NCBI GenBank assembly: GCA_951406725.2
Contig: OX597816.1
Span: forward strand, 122,884,001 to 122,948,000
DNA from: Octopus vulgaris
Taxonomy: Eukaryota
Length of the DNA: 64,000 bases
Reading direction: 5' to 3'
Positions 1 to 14,339 of the stretch are shown piece by piece. The position numbers and the translations under genes are program-made. The notes under the pieces were generated by a model. That model did no database searches. It worked only from the letters and a program-made list of their open reading frames with translations, and was not told the origin of the DNA. How positions within the stretch are numbered: position 1 is the stretch's first letter; each line of letters opens with the position of its first letter.

Positions 1-500
1 ATTTTTTTTTTTGAAACTGCACATATATAACTCCACATATAATGTTGAAGTCATTAGTGGGCAATGGGTCATTATTGTGACAGAGGAAGGCTGTTGCTTT
101 TAAGCAACTTTATATTCATAAAGATTAGGAGTTTAGTGAAAACGGCATTTGTGTTTATTGAAATAATTTGCTTATGAATGAATGAAAGACAGATGCTTTA
201 TTCATTAGACCAATGTCTCTTGTTCTGAGTTCAAACTGCATTAATATTGATATTAAATACCAATCTCCTGGATCTAAAAATTGATGCAATCCATCCTGTA
301 TGTATACTGATCTTGTGATTTAATAAATTAAAGCATTCAAAGGACTTATGCTGCACTCAAGATGGTATCAAGCTACACTACCTCTTCTTTCTTCAGAAAG
401 AAGTGCTAGTGGTTTCAAATGACATGAGATAAAATCATATTTTCCATTGTTTTGTATTATGTCAAGTCAACTTCATTTTGTCGATAGCATTTACTGTCTT

Positions 501-802
501 GTAGCCCTTTTCAAGCCTAGCCAGGCTCAAGGGCCCGGTTTCCCAGTTTCTGTGGCATATGTGTTCCTCCCAGCTGGACGGGATGCCAGTCCATCGCAGC
601 ATTACTCAAGAAACAGGAAGAGAGGGTGAGAGAAAGTTGTGGCAAAAGAGTATAACAGGGGTCACCACCATCCCCTGCCAGAGCCTTGTGGAGCTTTTAG
701 GTGTTTTCACTCAATAAACACACACAACACCCATCTGGGAATTGAAGCCATGATCCTCCGACCACGAGTCTGCTGCCCTAACCACTGGGCCATTGTGTCT
801 CC
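501..802 (-). mobile_element. tRNA-derived SINE with V-SINE-like 3' domain
   Basis: The minus strand has A-box TGGCCCAGTGG and B-box-like GCTTCAATTCC. The 3' part contains GCGATGGACTGGCATCCCGTCCAG. The head is shared with the 44673 copy. Confidence 0.75.
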
Positions 803-1539
803 AGCATTTACTGTAATGTTCACATAAACATATTTCTTTTATGTGATAACCAAAGTTTATATGCATAGTGCTTAGTGTTATTGGTATATTTCATATCTGT
901 TCTTATGTAATCTTTTCCCCTTTGACCTTTTCATATATATTATTTCTTTGCTGATTTTCATGATCTATTCACTTATTATTTACTTAATGAGATAAAGAGT
1001 GATATTTAACTACATTTCCCACATACATTTACCAAATTAAACATTTTAATAGTGTCAGAAATAAAATTTTTGTTTACTGATGTTTTAGAGAAATTTCTGT
1101 TATGTAAACAGATCAATCTGCATGTGAATATAAATATTTAATATTCTCTTAAAATAATATTTAGGTTAATATTACAAATGAAAGCATGTGAGCCTAACAA
1201 GAGTAAAATAATCCTGATTTTTCACAATTTTAGTCTCATTCAAATTTGATTAAGCCAAAATGAATATTACTCCTTAGTCTTGTTTGTTCACAAGTTTATT
1301 GTATAATTTTTGAAGAGCCATTCTACCTTTTTACCTTTAAGTATTACATTGATAAATGCTTCATCATAGTATCTATAAATGTCTTCTATAAATGCCTCAG
1401 GAAAGAAGAAATTAATTTAAAATATAAAGGATGTAGAAAGTAAAGTATTCGACTACATGCATAAAGATTGATATTATCTGAATAAAGTATACATGTTATT
1501 AGGTTGGTTTATTAACATTAACTCTGTATGTAAAAGACA

Positions 1540-1735
1540 GCAAGGTAATAGAATTGTTACCATTCTTAACAAAATACTTAGCAGCATTTCTTCTAACTTT
1601 ACATTCAGAGTTCAAATGCCACAAGGTTGACTTTGCTTTTCATCTTTTTGGGATCGATAAAATAAGCACTAGTTGATGTAATCAACTTGGCCCTTCCCAT
1701 GAAATTGCTAGCCTTGTACTAAAACCTAAAACCAC
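1540..1735 (+). mobile_element. SINE (family with GAGTTCAAAT...GACTTTGCCTTTCATCC core)
   Basis: The same core recurs at about 6845, 18560-19135, 19840-20052, 36710-37035 and 47431-47893. Confidence 0.7.
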
Positions 1736-2349
1736 TACTCACTTAATTACATTTTTACTCCTTGTTTGCATATTTATCTACCACCATTGTACTCTAGCAT
1801 GCTGCAAGTTTTAGGACTAGGGTTGATGTTAACCTAGATGATAAGTTACAAATCACTTTTGTTTTGCATGGTGTCACTGAACTAAATTAAGAACTATTGC
1901 ATTCTAATTTATAACAATGAAAAACGATTTTCAGCAAGCTAATGTTCAGAGATACCTCTACACTCCCATAATCAATTAAGAGATTTTGCAGACATATTTG
2001 GAATAGTTGTGGTAATTTGTATGGTATATATCATGCATTATTGTAATGCAAATGGTTGTTGTTTTCAAGAAATTGAATTTCAAAGCAAGTAATCGAAAAA
2101 TGATAAACAAAAAGTCAATTAACATAAGTGGCTATTAAAACAAACAATCCTCAGAGTATTGAACTGACACAGTCTACAACGATATTCTATTTTCAAGAAT
2201 ACTTCAGGTGCTGCACTAAAATTACTTTCACCAATTTATTTTTGATTAAGAATTTAAACAAAAATCATCCACACATGTCTCTGCACACAATTATGTATGT
2301 ACATATGACCACATGCAGACATACAAACATGCACATGTAAATATGTTTG

Positions 2350-2415
2350 TATTCATCTATATGTGTCTATATATATATACATATATATTTTTCTCTCTCT
2401 CTCAATATATATATG

Positions 2416-2446
<31 letters not shown>

Positions 2447-2510
2447 GCATATACACACACACATATTTATGTATGCATGTATATGTGTGTATGTGTTTAA
2501 CATACATATG
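2350..2510. repeat. (TA)n/(CA)n/(TG)n microsatellite mosaic
   Basis: Read directly from the sequence; it explains the overlapping spurious ORFs. Confidence 0.9.
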
Positions 2511-3029
2511 CTTGTTGTCTTCACCTTTGACACCCATACAAAAGTGCATTTTTGGGATGTGCGAAAACAATTTTCTTTTCAAGCATCTGTTTGTAAGTGA
2601 TTGAAATTTAAAAATAAATTCTAACTCAAATTTAAAAAAATGAAGTTTGTGGAATTGATGTATATGCAATACTCAGTAGAATGTATTTATCATTTGGTGT
2701 CAAAATTGGCACATAAAATGATGCATTTAGAGAAAAATCTTTTCCAATTCGCTATTTCTTTAACTAAAAGGAGAAACAAAAGAAGTCAAACAGATATGTA
2801 TTAAATGCTTATGTATATCTACACACATGTGCACCAACATACATGTATGAATGTATGCAAATTTATATATATAGGGAAAAAATAAGCTCAAAAGAGAAAA
2901 AGAGAACAATTCAAACTTTTTGAGAAGTCCAAAAAGAGAGAAAGAATGATTTCTAATAAAGATTCATCATATTCATAAAAAACAGCCAGAGCAATAAGAT
3001 ATAACGATATTTTTCAGCTGTTTGTATAA

Positions 3030-3072
<43 letters not shown>

Positions 3073-3122
3073 TGTGTGTGTGTGTGTGTGTCTGCATGTC
3101 TGTGTGTATGTATATATATATA

Positions 3123-3408
3123 TAAATTTAGATTCAGTAGGGTATATGATACCACTTGCTAAAATCAGAGCCAATGCTCCAAAAACCACCATAAACTCAC
3201 AATAAATATACACATGAGCAATGCAAAGAAAATGTGAGAAACAGGCTTACCATTGCATTGAATACATCAGTAATGTATATTTCAATATCCCTTGATTTCA
3301 TGCTTTGCATGACAAACATACTCTGCGATCTTTAGTTGAAAATAACATTTTAACATCTATTTCTAAAATATTCATTACATTAGCTCGTGTACATTTCTTA
3401 CTTTAAAC
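3123..3408. mobile_element. Truncated, oppositely oriented copy of the adjacent foldback element
   Basis: Matches the reverse complement of about 3671-3958. Confidence 0.75.
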
Positions 3409-3453
3409 ATCCCACTCCGTTTAAAAGAAAACTATCACAAGCAAGAAAAAATG

Positions 3454-4029
3454 TAAATAAAGAAGTATTTTTGCAGTTATTAATAGTATTAATAAGGTAA
3501 TTAATATGGTGGCTAGTAAGTTCACACTGTTAAAGACACAATATAAGGTAAATTTAGATTCAGTAGGGTATATAATACCACTTGCTAAAATCAGAGCCAA
3601 TGTTCAAAAATTCAACATAAACTCATGATAAAGACACACACGAGTAATGCAAGGAACATATGAGAAATAGGTTTAAAGTAAGGAACACACATGAGCTAAT
3701 GTAGTGAATATTTTAGAAATAGATGTTAAAATATTATTTTCAACTGAAGATTGCAGAGTATGTTTGTCATGCAAAGTGTGAGATCAATTGATATTGAAAT
3801 ATACATTACTTACTGATGTATTCAACACAAAGGTAAGCCTATTTCTCATATGTTCATTGCATTACTTGTGGGTATCTTATCATGAGTTTATGGTGGTTTT
3901 TGGAGCATTGGCTCTGATTTTAGCAAGTGGTATTATATACCCTACTGAATCTAAATTTACCTTATATTGTGTAGCCATCTTATTACCTCATTAATACTAT
4001 TTATAACAGCAATAATACTTCTTTATTTA
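3454..4029. mobile_element. Foldback/MITE-like element with about 200 bp inverted arms
   Basis: 3454-3671 is the reverse complement of about 3836-4029, e.g. TAAATTTAGATTCAGTAGGGTATATAATACCACTTGCTAAAATCAGAGCCAATG vs CATTGGCTCTGATTTTAGCAAGTGGTATTATATACCCTACTGAATCTAAATTTA. Confidence 0.8.
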
Positions 4030-4318
4030 TATATGTATATCTATCTATCTATCTATCTATTTATTTATAAATATATATTATTATTATAATTATTAGGGAA
4101 TATTACTTCCGAGTACACAGGAAAAAGACATTCAAATTAGATGTACTAAAATGAACATCTCTCAATGTTTAATTCGTATATATAAAAGTAGTTTTAGAGA
4201 CAGAACCACCTTCAACTCAACCAACACTGAAAGTTTATACCCGACCACTCCATAAAATGTTAAATATTAAATCTTATACTAACTATATCTATTCTGAATC
4301 CTGTATTTTCCGTTTATA

Positions 4319-4418
4319 AGACTACATATGTTTCATGAAAGTACGTCGGTATTGATATGATACGAGTTATCTAGTTTCAATAGTTAATCAGATTGACATA
4401 CTCCCAATCTTCAGGTCT
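4319..4418 (-). ncRNA. Type I hammerhead ribozyme motif
   Basis: Minus strand: AGAC-CUGAAGA-12 bp stem II (UGGGAGUAUGUC/GACGUACUUUCA)-GAAA-CAUAUG-UA-GUCU. Intact core, palindromic stem III, GUA cleavage triplet. Confidence 0.8.
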
Positions 4419-5212
4419 GGATTTCTCAACATTTTTTACTACCCCTACCTCTTATATACCTCCATGATACTCTACATCTTCAATATAATCTTACTTAACA
4501 TGTACAAATGAATAGAAATACAAATAATAAATAAAAATAATAACTGAATATTAAAAATTTAAGGAGTAAAAATTTAAGGAATAAAAATTCAAAGAATTTA
4601 AAGAGAAAAAAGTACAAGTAAAAATAATGAATAAAAGTTACGAATAATGAATAAAGAATTGCAAATAAACAAATTCGAAATAAAAATGAAATAATAATGA
4701 AATACAAAATAGAGATGAAAATAAAGCGAATGTTAACTTATCTTTTCTTTCCTTGGCAAAAATTATACATAGCTACATCTTGCAAATAAGGTAAAATCCA
4801 TATCAGATAATACCTATCTATAGGAGGTACTACAAATAAATGTCAGAAAGTTCTACTGGTGTATGTATCTATTCCTTTATATAGTACTGTCAGGGGAACT
4901 GGAAATGAATGCTTCACGGGAACAAGTCACTTTTATCGCTGTTTATTTTATTCAATCTATGTATTATTGCTAACAACCAATCTAGTAAGTTAGTTCTTTA
5001 GACCTTGCACTATATATATATATGTATATGTGTATATGTGTACGTATGAGTGTGTATGTATGTATAAATATAATTATGTCTCTCTTTATATATTATGCAT
5101 ATAGATATTTTTATTATGTATATATTTTGATCAACTCTTTCTATTGTAAAACTATTAATAAATGGACCGCTATGAGAATACGATCCATTTTATTACAAAT
5201 TTTATTATAGAT

Positions 5213-5570
5213 GCAGGCATGGTAAGACAATTGCTTCCCAACCCACTGCATAGTGCTATGGGCAAGTGTATTCTTCTATAGCCCTGGGCTGAGTGGATTT
5301 GGTAGATGGAAACTGAAAGAAGCCTGTTGTACAATATAGATATGTATGTGTGTGTGTTTATGTCTTTGTGTTTGTGTTAGTCCAACCCAACACTGTTTGA
5401 CAACTGGTATTAGTTTGTTTGCACCTCTGTAACTTAGCAGTTCATCAAAAGAAATCGATAGGATAAGTACCAGGCTTTAAAAAATAAGTACTGGGGTTGA
5501 TTCATTTGACTAAAAACCCTTCAAAGTGGCTGCAGTCTAATGACTGAAACAAGTGAAAGACAAGAGATAA
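5213..5570 (+). mobile_element. SINE with GGGCAAGTGT core, internal (TG)n and GACTGAAACAAGT tail
   Basis: Related copies at 17645-17805(-), 18135-18525(-), 31340-31490(+), 46115-46515(-), 56645-56730(+) and 61820-61950(-). Confidence 0.75.
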
Positions 5571-5587
5571 AAAATATATGATAGTGC

Positions 5588-5674
<87 letters not shown>

Positions 5675-7004
5675 TGCATGGATGTATGTGTTTGTGTATT
5701 TAAATGTTAGTTATGAAATAGGAGACATTTTGGAATGAAAAGCTGATAGCAATGTTTGATGTTGTGAAAAAAGTTTTGCTAAATTTTTGAAGAGTGAATT
5801 ATAATGATCAAATGTTACATGTAAAGAGCTTAGTTCTTTAAAATTGTGTTTTAATAGCAATAAATAATCCAAATTACTTAAAGAAAACGTATGATTGTGT
5901 AGTTCCTCAATGGATTGCGGTTATTCAGTGACTGTAGGCCATCATCTCAATGGAAGCTTCAGTACAATCATGGTATCAAATCAGATTTGATACGATGAAC
6001 TAAGAAAAACCAAAGAGACCAGTGATTTTTGCCATGTCTGGTGAATGCATGCTTGAATGGAATACTCTGTGACATTTTTTTTTATCCATAAAGCAAGTTA
6101 ATGCCTTCAAATACTTTTAGGTGCATGCATGATGATGCTGGTGTTCTAATCACTGATGTTAAATGAACAGCGTAATAGGAAAGCGATAAAAATGGTTGGC
6201 AGTAAAAACAAAGCAAGTGATTGTTAGATTGCAATAAAGATATTGATTTAATAGTTAGCAAATGCAAAGGTTATATTTCAAAGAAAGTCAAATGATACAA
6301 AAATAATAATCTTTAATACGATATTGTAAAAGTTTAATATTAATATGAAGAATGTGATTAAATCACCAAATCATTTCTTGCATGCTTCCTTGTAATGATT
6401 GGGATGATGACTATTTGATGTTAGAGACATTTTTATCAATATGTTTACTGACTTATATGATACCAGTTTTTGTTGGTTTGATTAATCATATTAGGTGTTT
6501 CTGTTTGAAATAAAGCTTATGGTCATTGAGAAATGTTTATGCCCACATTATATATGACTATTTATGTGTTAAATTTTTCGAAAGTTATTTCTCTCTTCAT
6601 TTACCTCACACTTTAAGTGTATTTTTGGATTTTTGGATCACTTAATCTTTTCCACAAAGAAATATATTATTACCTCACTCCATATGTATAACTATATGTA
6701 TTCTATAGTTCTCTATACCACTAAGTTCTTGATCTTTGTATCTAATCTGAGACATCCCAACATTGGGATTGTATTATAGTGAGAGGGCAATACTAGGAAT
6801 AAAGAAATTGCTGCCAAGGTTTTGGAGATCTAAAAATTGATCTAAGCTCAAATTCCGAGAAGGTTGACTCTGCCTATCATCCTTTCAAGTTTGTTAAAAT
6901 AAGTACCAGTTAAGTAATGCTATTAATGTAATGAACTTCCCCATTCCTCATCCACTCGAAAACAGCTGACACCGCAAAAATTTTGGACTATTTTTTTCTT
7001 CATA

Positions 7005-7035
7005 TTATTATTATTATTTTTGTTGTTGTTGTTGT

Positions 7036-7128
<93 letters not shown>

Positions 7129-7158
7129 GAGGAGGATGAGGAGGAGGAGGAGGAGGAG
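7005..7158. repeat. Compound trinucleotide microsatellite (ATT/GTT/TAG/GGT/AGG)
   Basis: Read directly from the sequence. Confidence 0.95.
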
Positions 7159-8339
7159 AAGTGTTATCATTTCATCTATGATACCCATAAGATTCTGAAA
7201 CTTATTGTAGAGAAAATCATAGCAACTTGTTTATTATTTTTATTAGATAAACATCTTAAAGTAAAATGCTACTATTGTCCATGAATAGAATTAGTTGGTA
7301 ATAATGATTAGGATTATTGAGTATCTTCAAGTCAAGTTATCTTGAATAGAATCCTGACTGAGAATTACTTAATCACATATTTACAAACAAATTTATATGT
7401 ATGATTCTGGGTTCTGAAAATCTGCCAGTGCAAGGTATTTGGTATGTCAGTTTAATTCAAAATCCATCGTTTGATCAACATTTTAGTTGGAGGTTATCCA
7501 TGCTTTTATTTGACATACCATTCATAGATTAAGGGATTCAAATATGCTTTGTTTATATTTAAGATGTTTGAAAATTTAATGGAAACTTGGGCTTCTTCAT
7601 TGAACATAATTGAACATATAAAACTTCTATATAATAATACAATGCTTTAAACTGCTGATTTAAATTGATACCGCATGCAAAAAGTTGCCAACTACATTCT
7701 CATACATTTGGTATGACCAATCTAGATTTTGAGATATCAGTGTCATTTTTTTTTTACTTGAAGCTTGAATATATCTATTCATCCTTTGAAGTAGTTATTC
7801 AAAGCCAAAGTCATTAGTTTAGTTGGCAGTTAATTTAGTATCAGTTATATGAAAAAGTCATATAAAATTTCATTAACAATATTAAAGTAAATAAACTTAC
7901 TATTTCAGAATTATTTTGTATGTTTAATGTGAAATCTTGGGAATTAGTTGACTAATTCTCTATCATATATCTGTTACAGTAATACTAACCATTGGTTAAC
8001 CCAACAATAATCATAGTATTTAATTTGTTTGTGAGATTCAGAATGGTGGGTTTCCCATAAACCACTAATGAAAACTGATTGGAGAAACAAAAGCAATATT
8101 AACAACAATCAGATTAACAATAACAAGAACAAAATTAAGAAATATGTTTAATAGGATTAGCTAGTTGGTGATAAATTGTTAATAGTGATCCAACAAACTG
8201 TTGTCATGGGAACTGGCTTTGAATGTATGACAGATTAATTGATGGCACTAGATTCTGATGACAAATCTCTAGAGAGCTGATATTCTGACCATAGCTACTG
8301 TCTTGGCAAAGATAATGATAACTGTGAAGAATATCATCA

Positions 8340-9075
8340 TTGAAGCCTTACAAAATTGTTCTTTTAATAGGTGCTTAGACACATAAAATATAATGAATCA
8401 TCTGAGAACAAATAAAAATGTCTAAAAAATACAGCAGCTACAATTATATGGCAAGGCATCTCCATAAGTAACGTTAACTGTAAAGATAGAGAAGTTTTAG
8501 ATATATCTGTAACTAGTTAAGCTATCATGTTTATAACTAGTTAAGCTATCATATTCAGTGCCTCAAACATTGAGCAAAGAATATAAGTAGCGATCGTGAT
8601 ACACACCATTAAGAAATGGTCAAGCTAAGTAACAATCTATTAAGCAACAACTACTTAAAAAACATACTATACAATTAGGAAAAGGTGAAACGAGGAAACC
8701 CATAAACTGACTACAGTCTGTCTACCCTAAGTGAAATGCCTTGGACAGGATACACAAGATATGTAGTCTATATGACATCAGGATGGTATTTAAGAGTAAT
8801 ACAACACTTTGAAAATATCTCCTTCATGTAAAACCTTCAATATAAGAGAATATGACCAAAGACTGTATATACTCTATCCCCTGTGGGATGAAGTTAAAAC
8901 AGTATACAGAGAACACCACTGGAAAATACAAAAACTAAAAGAGAGGCAGCACATAGGCTAGGACACAATAACCTCCTAAGCAGACCTAGTGCAGATATGA
9001 GTAGAATATGGGGACCGGTATTAAGGAAGGATACAAAAATATTGGGTTTATAAGCCCTAAAATTCACTCTATAAT
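8340..9075 (+). pseudogene. Highly decayed RTE-type LINE 3' remnant
   Basis: Interrupted motifs resembling RCLRHI, KQLL..GK.KRGKP and a C-terminal G.ISH-like end. Confidence 0.4.
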
Positions 9076-9076
9076 T

Positions 9077-9174
9077 GCCCATGGTCATATAACATAATGT
9101 TTAAGAGCATGGGCTACTAACCCCAAGACTGCGACTTCAATTCCTGGAGGTGCCTTGAATAAATAATAATGATG

Positions 9175-9223
<49 letters not shown>

Positions 9224-9380
9224 TAATAATAACATCGGCAAAAAAAGAATACCTTAGGAATGAGAACCCAGGCTTGGGTTCAAAAATCCTACCAGAACAC
9301 CTGATAAAGGCTGGAGAGTAAATCAGTAAATCAGCCAAAATGTTGTGGTAACAACAATCCATCTTATGTAAATAATGTAA
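9077..9380 (+). mobile_element. Decayed copy of the tRNA-head/(AAT)n/hammerhead element
   Basis: Colinear with 55370-55931: TAAGAGCATGGGCTACTAACCCCAAG head, (AAT)n, ATACCTTAGGAATGAGAACCCAGG, then a degenerate HHR at 9296-9350 (CTGATAA...CAAAATGTTGTG). Confidence 0.8.
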
Positions 9381-10899
9381 CTAAATGCTGGTATGGAAAA
9401 AAAACTTATGAATGATATCAGAAAATATTTTCTTATATTTTGTTGGATAAAACTGATATAACAAAAATTAAAGATCATATCTGGTCAAGTAAAAAGAATT
9501 AGGCTCATACAAAGACAAAATATTTTGTTATATTGTTACCATTAAAAACCTGAGAACTTACCTTGGGACAAGAAATTCACAATCTCTATATTCTTCTGAT
9601 CTTGCTTCTTGCCATTATCAACTTGTGATAAATTATAGTTAAACATAAATACAAAGTTACATTTATTATATTTGTTAACAGATATCCTTAGCCAACCTAA
9701 AAATATTTTTTGTAACATGTCCACTTCAAAGTTGCATGAATGTTATAAAAAGCATTAAAAAGCTTTGTAGACTTGAATTTATAACAATGAAGAAATATAT
9801 AGATTATCAAATTATGTTTTTTAAAAATTTCGTTATAAATATGATATTGTGCGTGGGCTGACCTGATAATAAAGATTGATAGTATAAATAATTGTGTTAA
9901 AAATCTTTATTCTGAATATTAACTGTCAGACATTATTGTTTTTGATAAAAGCAATATTGTGATTGCTACATCTTGATAATCAAATGGACCTACCATGTAT
10001 TTACTTAGAAGTTGAAGCTTCCTTTGTATAGAAAATACATTTGATTCAGATTGGTAACAATCAATATTTGCTAGTTTTTGAAATATGAAGTAGAGAATAG
10101 TGTCAATTAAAATTTGAAAAGGGGAACATATTTCTCAGTTATTGCTGTTCAATTAAACAAACAATTTATCCTTAAGTGCCACTATTTTTACTGGATTATC
10201 ATAAATTCTGAATAAATTTTGTGTATTTATTCTTCATGATTAATAAATATGTATTAAAATCTTTAATACAAAATATAAATAAATGAAAATCTATCCTTTA
10301 TAGTAACAATTTTTATTCTCCCATTGGTTCATGTTTATTACTTTTTCATTGTGAAGAAGGATCTAATTATAATTTTTTTTCATTACACCGTTTTATAAAA
10401 AATTATTTTATGTTAATGTAAACATGAAGAGTTTTTGAAATGTGATATCTAATTATGTATTTTTAAAGCTAAAAAATTTACTGCTAGATACCTTTTGCTT
10501 CAACTATACAATAGCGACTATTTTCAGTATGCAAAGTAATACATAATTTCAGCAACACAGTTCCATGAGCATACAGTTCTGCATGAAGATGATAAATAAA
10601 TAAGTACATTAAAAGTATGTTAACATACTTAGTATAGTGATTTTCTTAGTATATGTACCTTTCAGAAATAAATATCAAAGAAGACTTTAGACATTACTTG
10701 GTTGCTACCTAATAACTCTATCAATTAAATAAAGCAGAAAGCTATAAAATATATACAATATGTAGCTAAGAAATCAACTACGTGTCAAGTCAAGTAATTG
10801 CGAGCTGTATGAAGATGAGCCACAGCTAAAGTAGTGTACACTAGACAAGTTGGATGTGATAGACATGTATAGCACCAACACAGGTGATATATTATCGGT

Positions 10900-11400
10900 A
10901 TTCTATGTTATAAAACAAATTAAGTTAAGCACTTTACAATCTGCTAATATTCCCTTATGTGTAGTCAACATTTATATGTAAAAATGTAAAATTGTCAGCT
11001 CTGTAATTTCAACATTGGCCAAATATTTACAAGCCATTCAAATTCTGAATATGCCTATGCAATACAGGACTATTATGGTTGCATTATCAGAAGTATTAGA
11101 AACTCTCTTCCCACAAAAGAATACTGAAGTGACCATGTCAACATATCAAAAATCTCTTTACATAAACAAGACTAAAATTACACATGGGTTTAAAAAGAGG
11201 AGAGACTAAGGCTTACTGACGAGCAAAAGCAAACTTGACAAAAATACAGCACCAAAATGAAAATAGCAGACAATGTGTTCAAATGCAGTAACTATCGTTC
11301 TTGTATACACACCCCAACAGTTGACACTCAAATCACAAGACTGAAAATTTTCCAGATGGGAATCCATAGTCTTGCAACACAAATGGATTCCTCCATGCCA
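10900..11400 (+). pseudogene. Decayed RTE-like LINE 3' end
   Basis: FKCSNYRSCIH resembles the C-terminal zinc-knuckle-like end of RTE ORFs; multiple stops. Confidence 0.35.
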
Positions 11401-13084
11401 TATGTTACTAGAAGAATTTACTTGGGCAATAAGAATATCATTAATACTTATGATAGACAATGAAGGATATTTATTGTTATTCACAACACTTACAAAACAG
11501 CAGCCTGCACCAAAAAGTTTACAAAACACTAGTGAAAAGTGAGATACGTACCTTAAGTAATAGAAGTCAGAATGACTTCTCCACTGAGGGAAATATTTTC
11601 CATTATATGTGCTCAGAGTCAACTAAGTGTTTGTGAGTTAATAAACCTAGCTGTTTGAGCAACAATTTATTCAAGATTTAATAGTAGACATCAGAACAAA
11701 TGATAAAGCTCACAACAGTGCACTGCATAATATTCAGCGAATGTTCATTATTCAAGGTCGATGTTATTACAACTTATGATTATCTGAATGTATACCAATT
11801 TTTAATGATTTATTCAACGTAATATGAACTGCAGATCAAGGAAAAATTGCATGAAATTACAACATAGTAAGGAATATAGCACATGTAAATCCGCAAATGA
11901 AATCTAATGCATCAGATTTGTTACTGATGCCAAAAATAGATAAAAGTATTAAAGCATTTGAGAATGTCGTGACCATCAAAAAAACATCTTATTTGTCACT
12001 GCTAAGAAACAAATTGTCTTATTATTTGTAATCTGCTGATAATATATTCTGTTATATTCTAACTTAAACTTGGAGTTGAAATTTCGTTTTTTTATAATAG
12101 CATGGCTTATTTAATAATTTATAATAATGTGCTTGCCTATATAGTCATTTATAATTTGTAAGTATCAAGAAGTGATGATTTCAGTAAATATATGTTGATT
12201 GTATTTTGACATTGGGACATCTGAATTTTTCTTACATAGAATTCTTATTTATTGGAGCTTTTCAAAATTGTGAAATCTTAAAATAACTGCAAGCTGAATT
12301 GTGACCAAAGTAATAGAAAGGTGTTGTCAATTTACATTAATGGTAAAGGTATTTGAATAGCACCCATTTATAGTGAACTTATGTTAACAAGTAGTATGGT
12401 ACAGCACTTAAATTTCCATACATCCATATATCATTTCACCAAATGGCAAACCAAACTTACTATTCCAAGACATCATAAGGTAAATACCCAATCATTTTTG
12501 CACTGTGATGTATTCTGAACTGTTTTGTGTACCTAGGCTTATGTAGGTATCATTTGTATCTCACGAAAGCTCAAGCCATGTTAGATCTAACAATATTGTT
12601 TTACACTCATTCTCTCATTATCATGTGAGAATTGGCACAAGTGTGACAAGTTCCATAGGGTTGGTTTCTTTTCCTAATCACTTCCTGGAAATAACATTGC
12701 GATGAAGCTTAATTTATCTTCCATTTGAATGCAAATACCACTTAATTCCTTGAAATGAAGACTAATGACAATCTCTTAAGTTCTCTTTGAGGTTTGAGTG
12801 ACACCAACATTATATTATTTGCTAAACAAATAATGTATGCCATAACAATTCATATGGTGAGTAGTTTCTTGTTCAAAAGGTTTCATTGAAGGAGATCACT
12901 CATTCTGTACTTTTGTCAAATCAAAGTGGAATTTTTAAGTGGTGGTTTTAGTTAACAGTAATGGGTAATATATATAGGGTATTCATTCTATATAACTCAT
13001 TCATATTTTAATTGTGTTACAGAAGATTTAATTTGATCTCAAGCACTGTTAATATACAATAAAAAAAAATTATACCAAATCATG

Positions 13085-13372
13085 AGGTAGTGAGTTTGAT
13101 TCCTGTACCAGACTGTGTGTTGTGTACTTGGGCAAGACACTTTATTTCATGTTGCTCCAGTTCTCTCAGCTGTAGAAATGAGTTGCGATGTCACTGGTGT
13201 CAAGTTGTATCGACCTTTGCCTTTCCTTTAGATTCATCGGTGGCATGGAGACAGGAGACTAGTATGTATAGGTGACTGCTGGTCTTCCATAAACAACCTT
13301 GTCTGGGCCTATCCTTTGAAGGATAATTTTCTAGGTGCAGCCTCATGGTCATTCATGACTGAAGTGGGGTAA
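13085..13372 (+). mobile_element. 5'-truncated tRNA-SINE
   Basis: B-box-like GAGTTTGATTCC followed by the CTTGGGCAAGACACTT central motif. Confidence 0.6.
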
Positions 13373-14339
13373 TTTATAAAGTGGTCACCCAGTGCATTCA
13401 TTCTACTTACCCTGTATTATGCCAATGCTGGATAGTAAGTGTCTCCTTGCAGAAACCTTCATATAATTGAGTTCAATAGGATTATTGGTTCTTTAATGTT
13501 GGCAAATACTTCCGTTCCAGTCTACATTTATCCTCTTTCACTCTTTTCAAATATGCATCCAATTTTACATGCAGCCACCACACTATATCAATGTCTTTTC
13601 AGTCGTCATGGAAACATTATTTAATAATTATGAGATGTAAGGTCTGAGTGATACATGTATCTATTAGCAATCAGTTGTCTATATCAAGTATTTTTTAGCA
13701 TGTACATACAAGAATCTTATCTTGTATATCATTCCAATCAATATGAAATCTTTGATAAAATCTTGTGGAAGGTGTCTAAACAAGTAATTGACCAGAAAAT
13801 CTTTACATTTTCATGATTTTTTTTAACTTTAAAAGGACAATTTAATCCAGCAACATGGCATATAGATAAAAGAAACATGTTTTCCCTTGCATTGCAAGAC
13901 ACAATGTAAACTTCTTTTATCAATAATTTAAGATATCAAACGTGACACAGACAACTTCACACTTTTATTGAGCATAAGTTCGTGCACGTTTGATTTTTTC
14001 CTTTTAGTTATTATGTATGTTCACGACAATGTTGCTATTGTTTTTCTTCCTATCTACCAGTATAGAAAATCACCAAAAATATTTAACTGTATTAAAAGCA
14101 ATGAATATCAGGTTAAGGCAATGAATGTCATGTTAAAGGCAAAGTTAGACAAAGTCGGTCACTAAAAACATTCTCTAGATTTGTATCAGCCTCCATTTTG
14201 TTCTTCAGTGATCAAAAGTGAATCTAGACATCCATGTTCAATAGTTTCTTTTAGGTGTGTCTCTGTGTGATTCCCAGCTCATTACTAATGTCATGACTCT
14301 TGATTATCAAACTTCAAACTTTTGAGTGATCTGGAGCAA

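Noticed and set aside
7165-7220. HHR-like CTATGA...GAAACTTATTGTA
   Set aside because: Core incomplete and no convincing stems.
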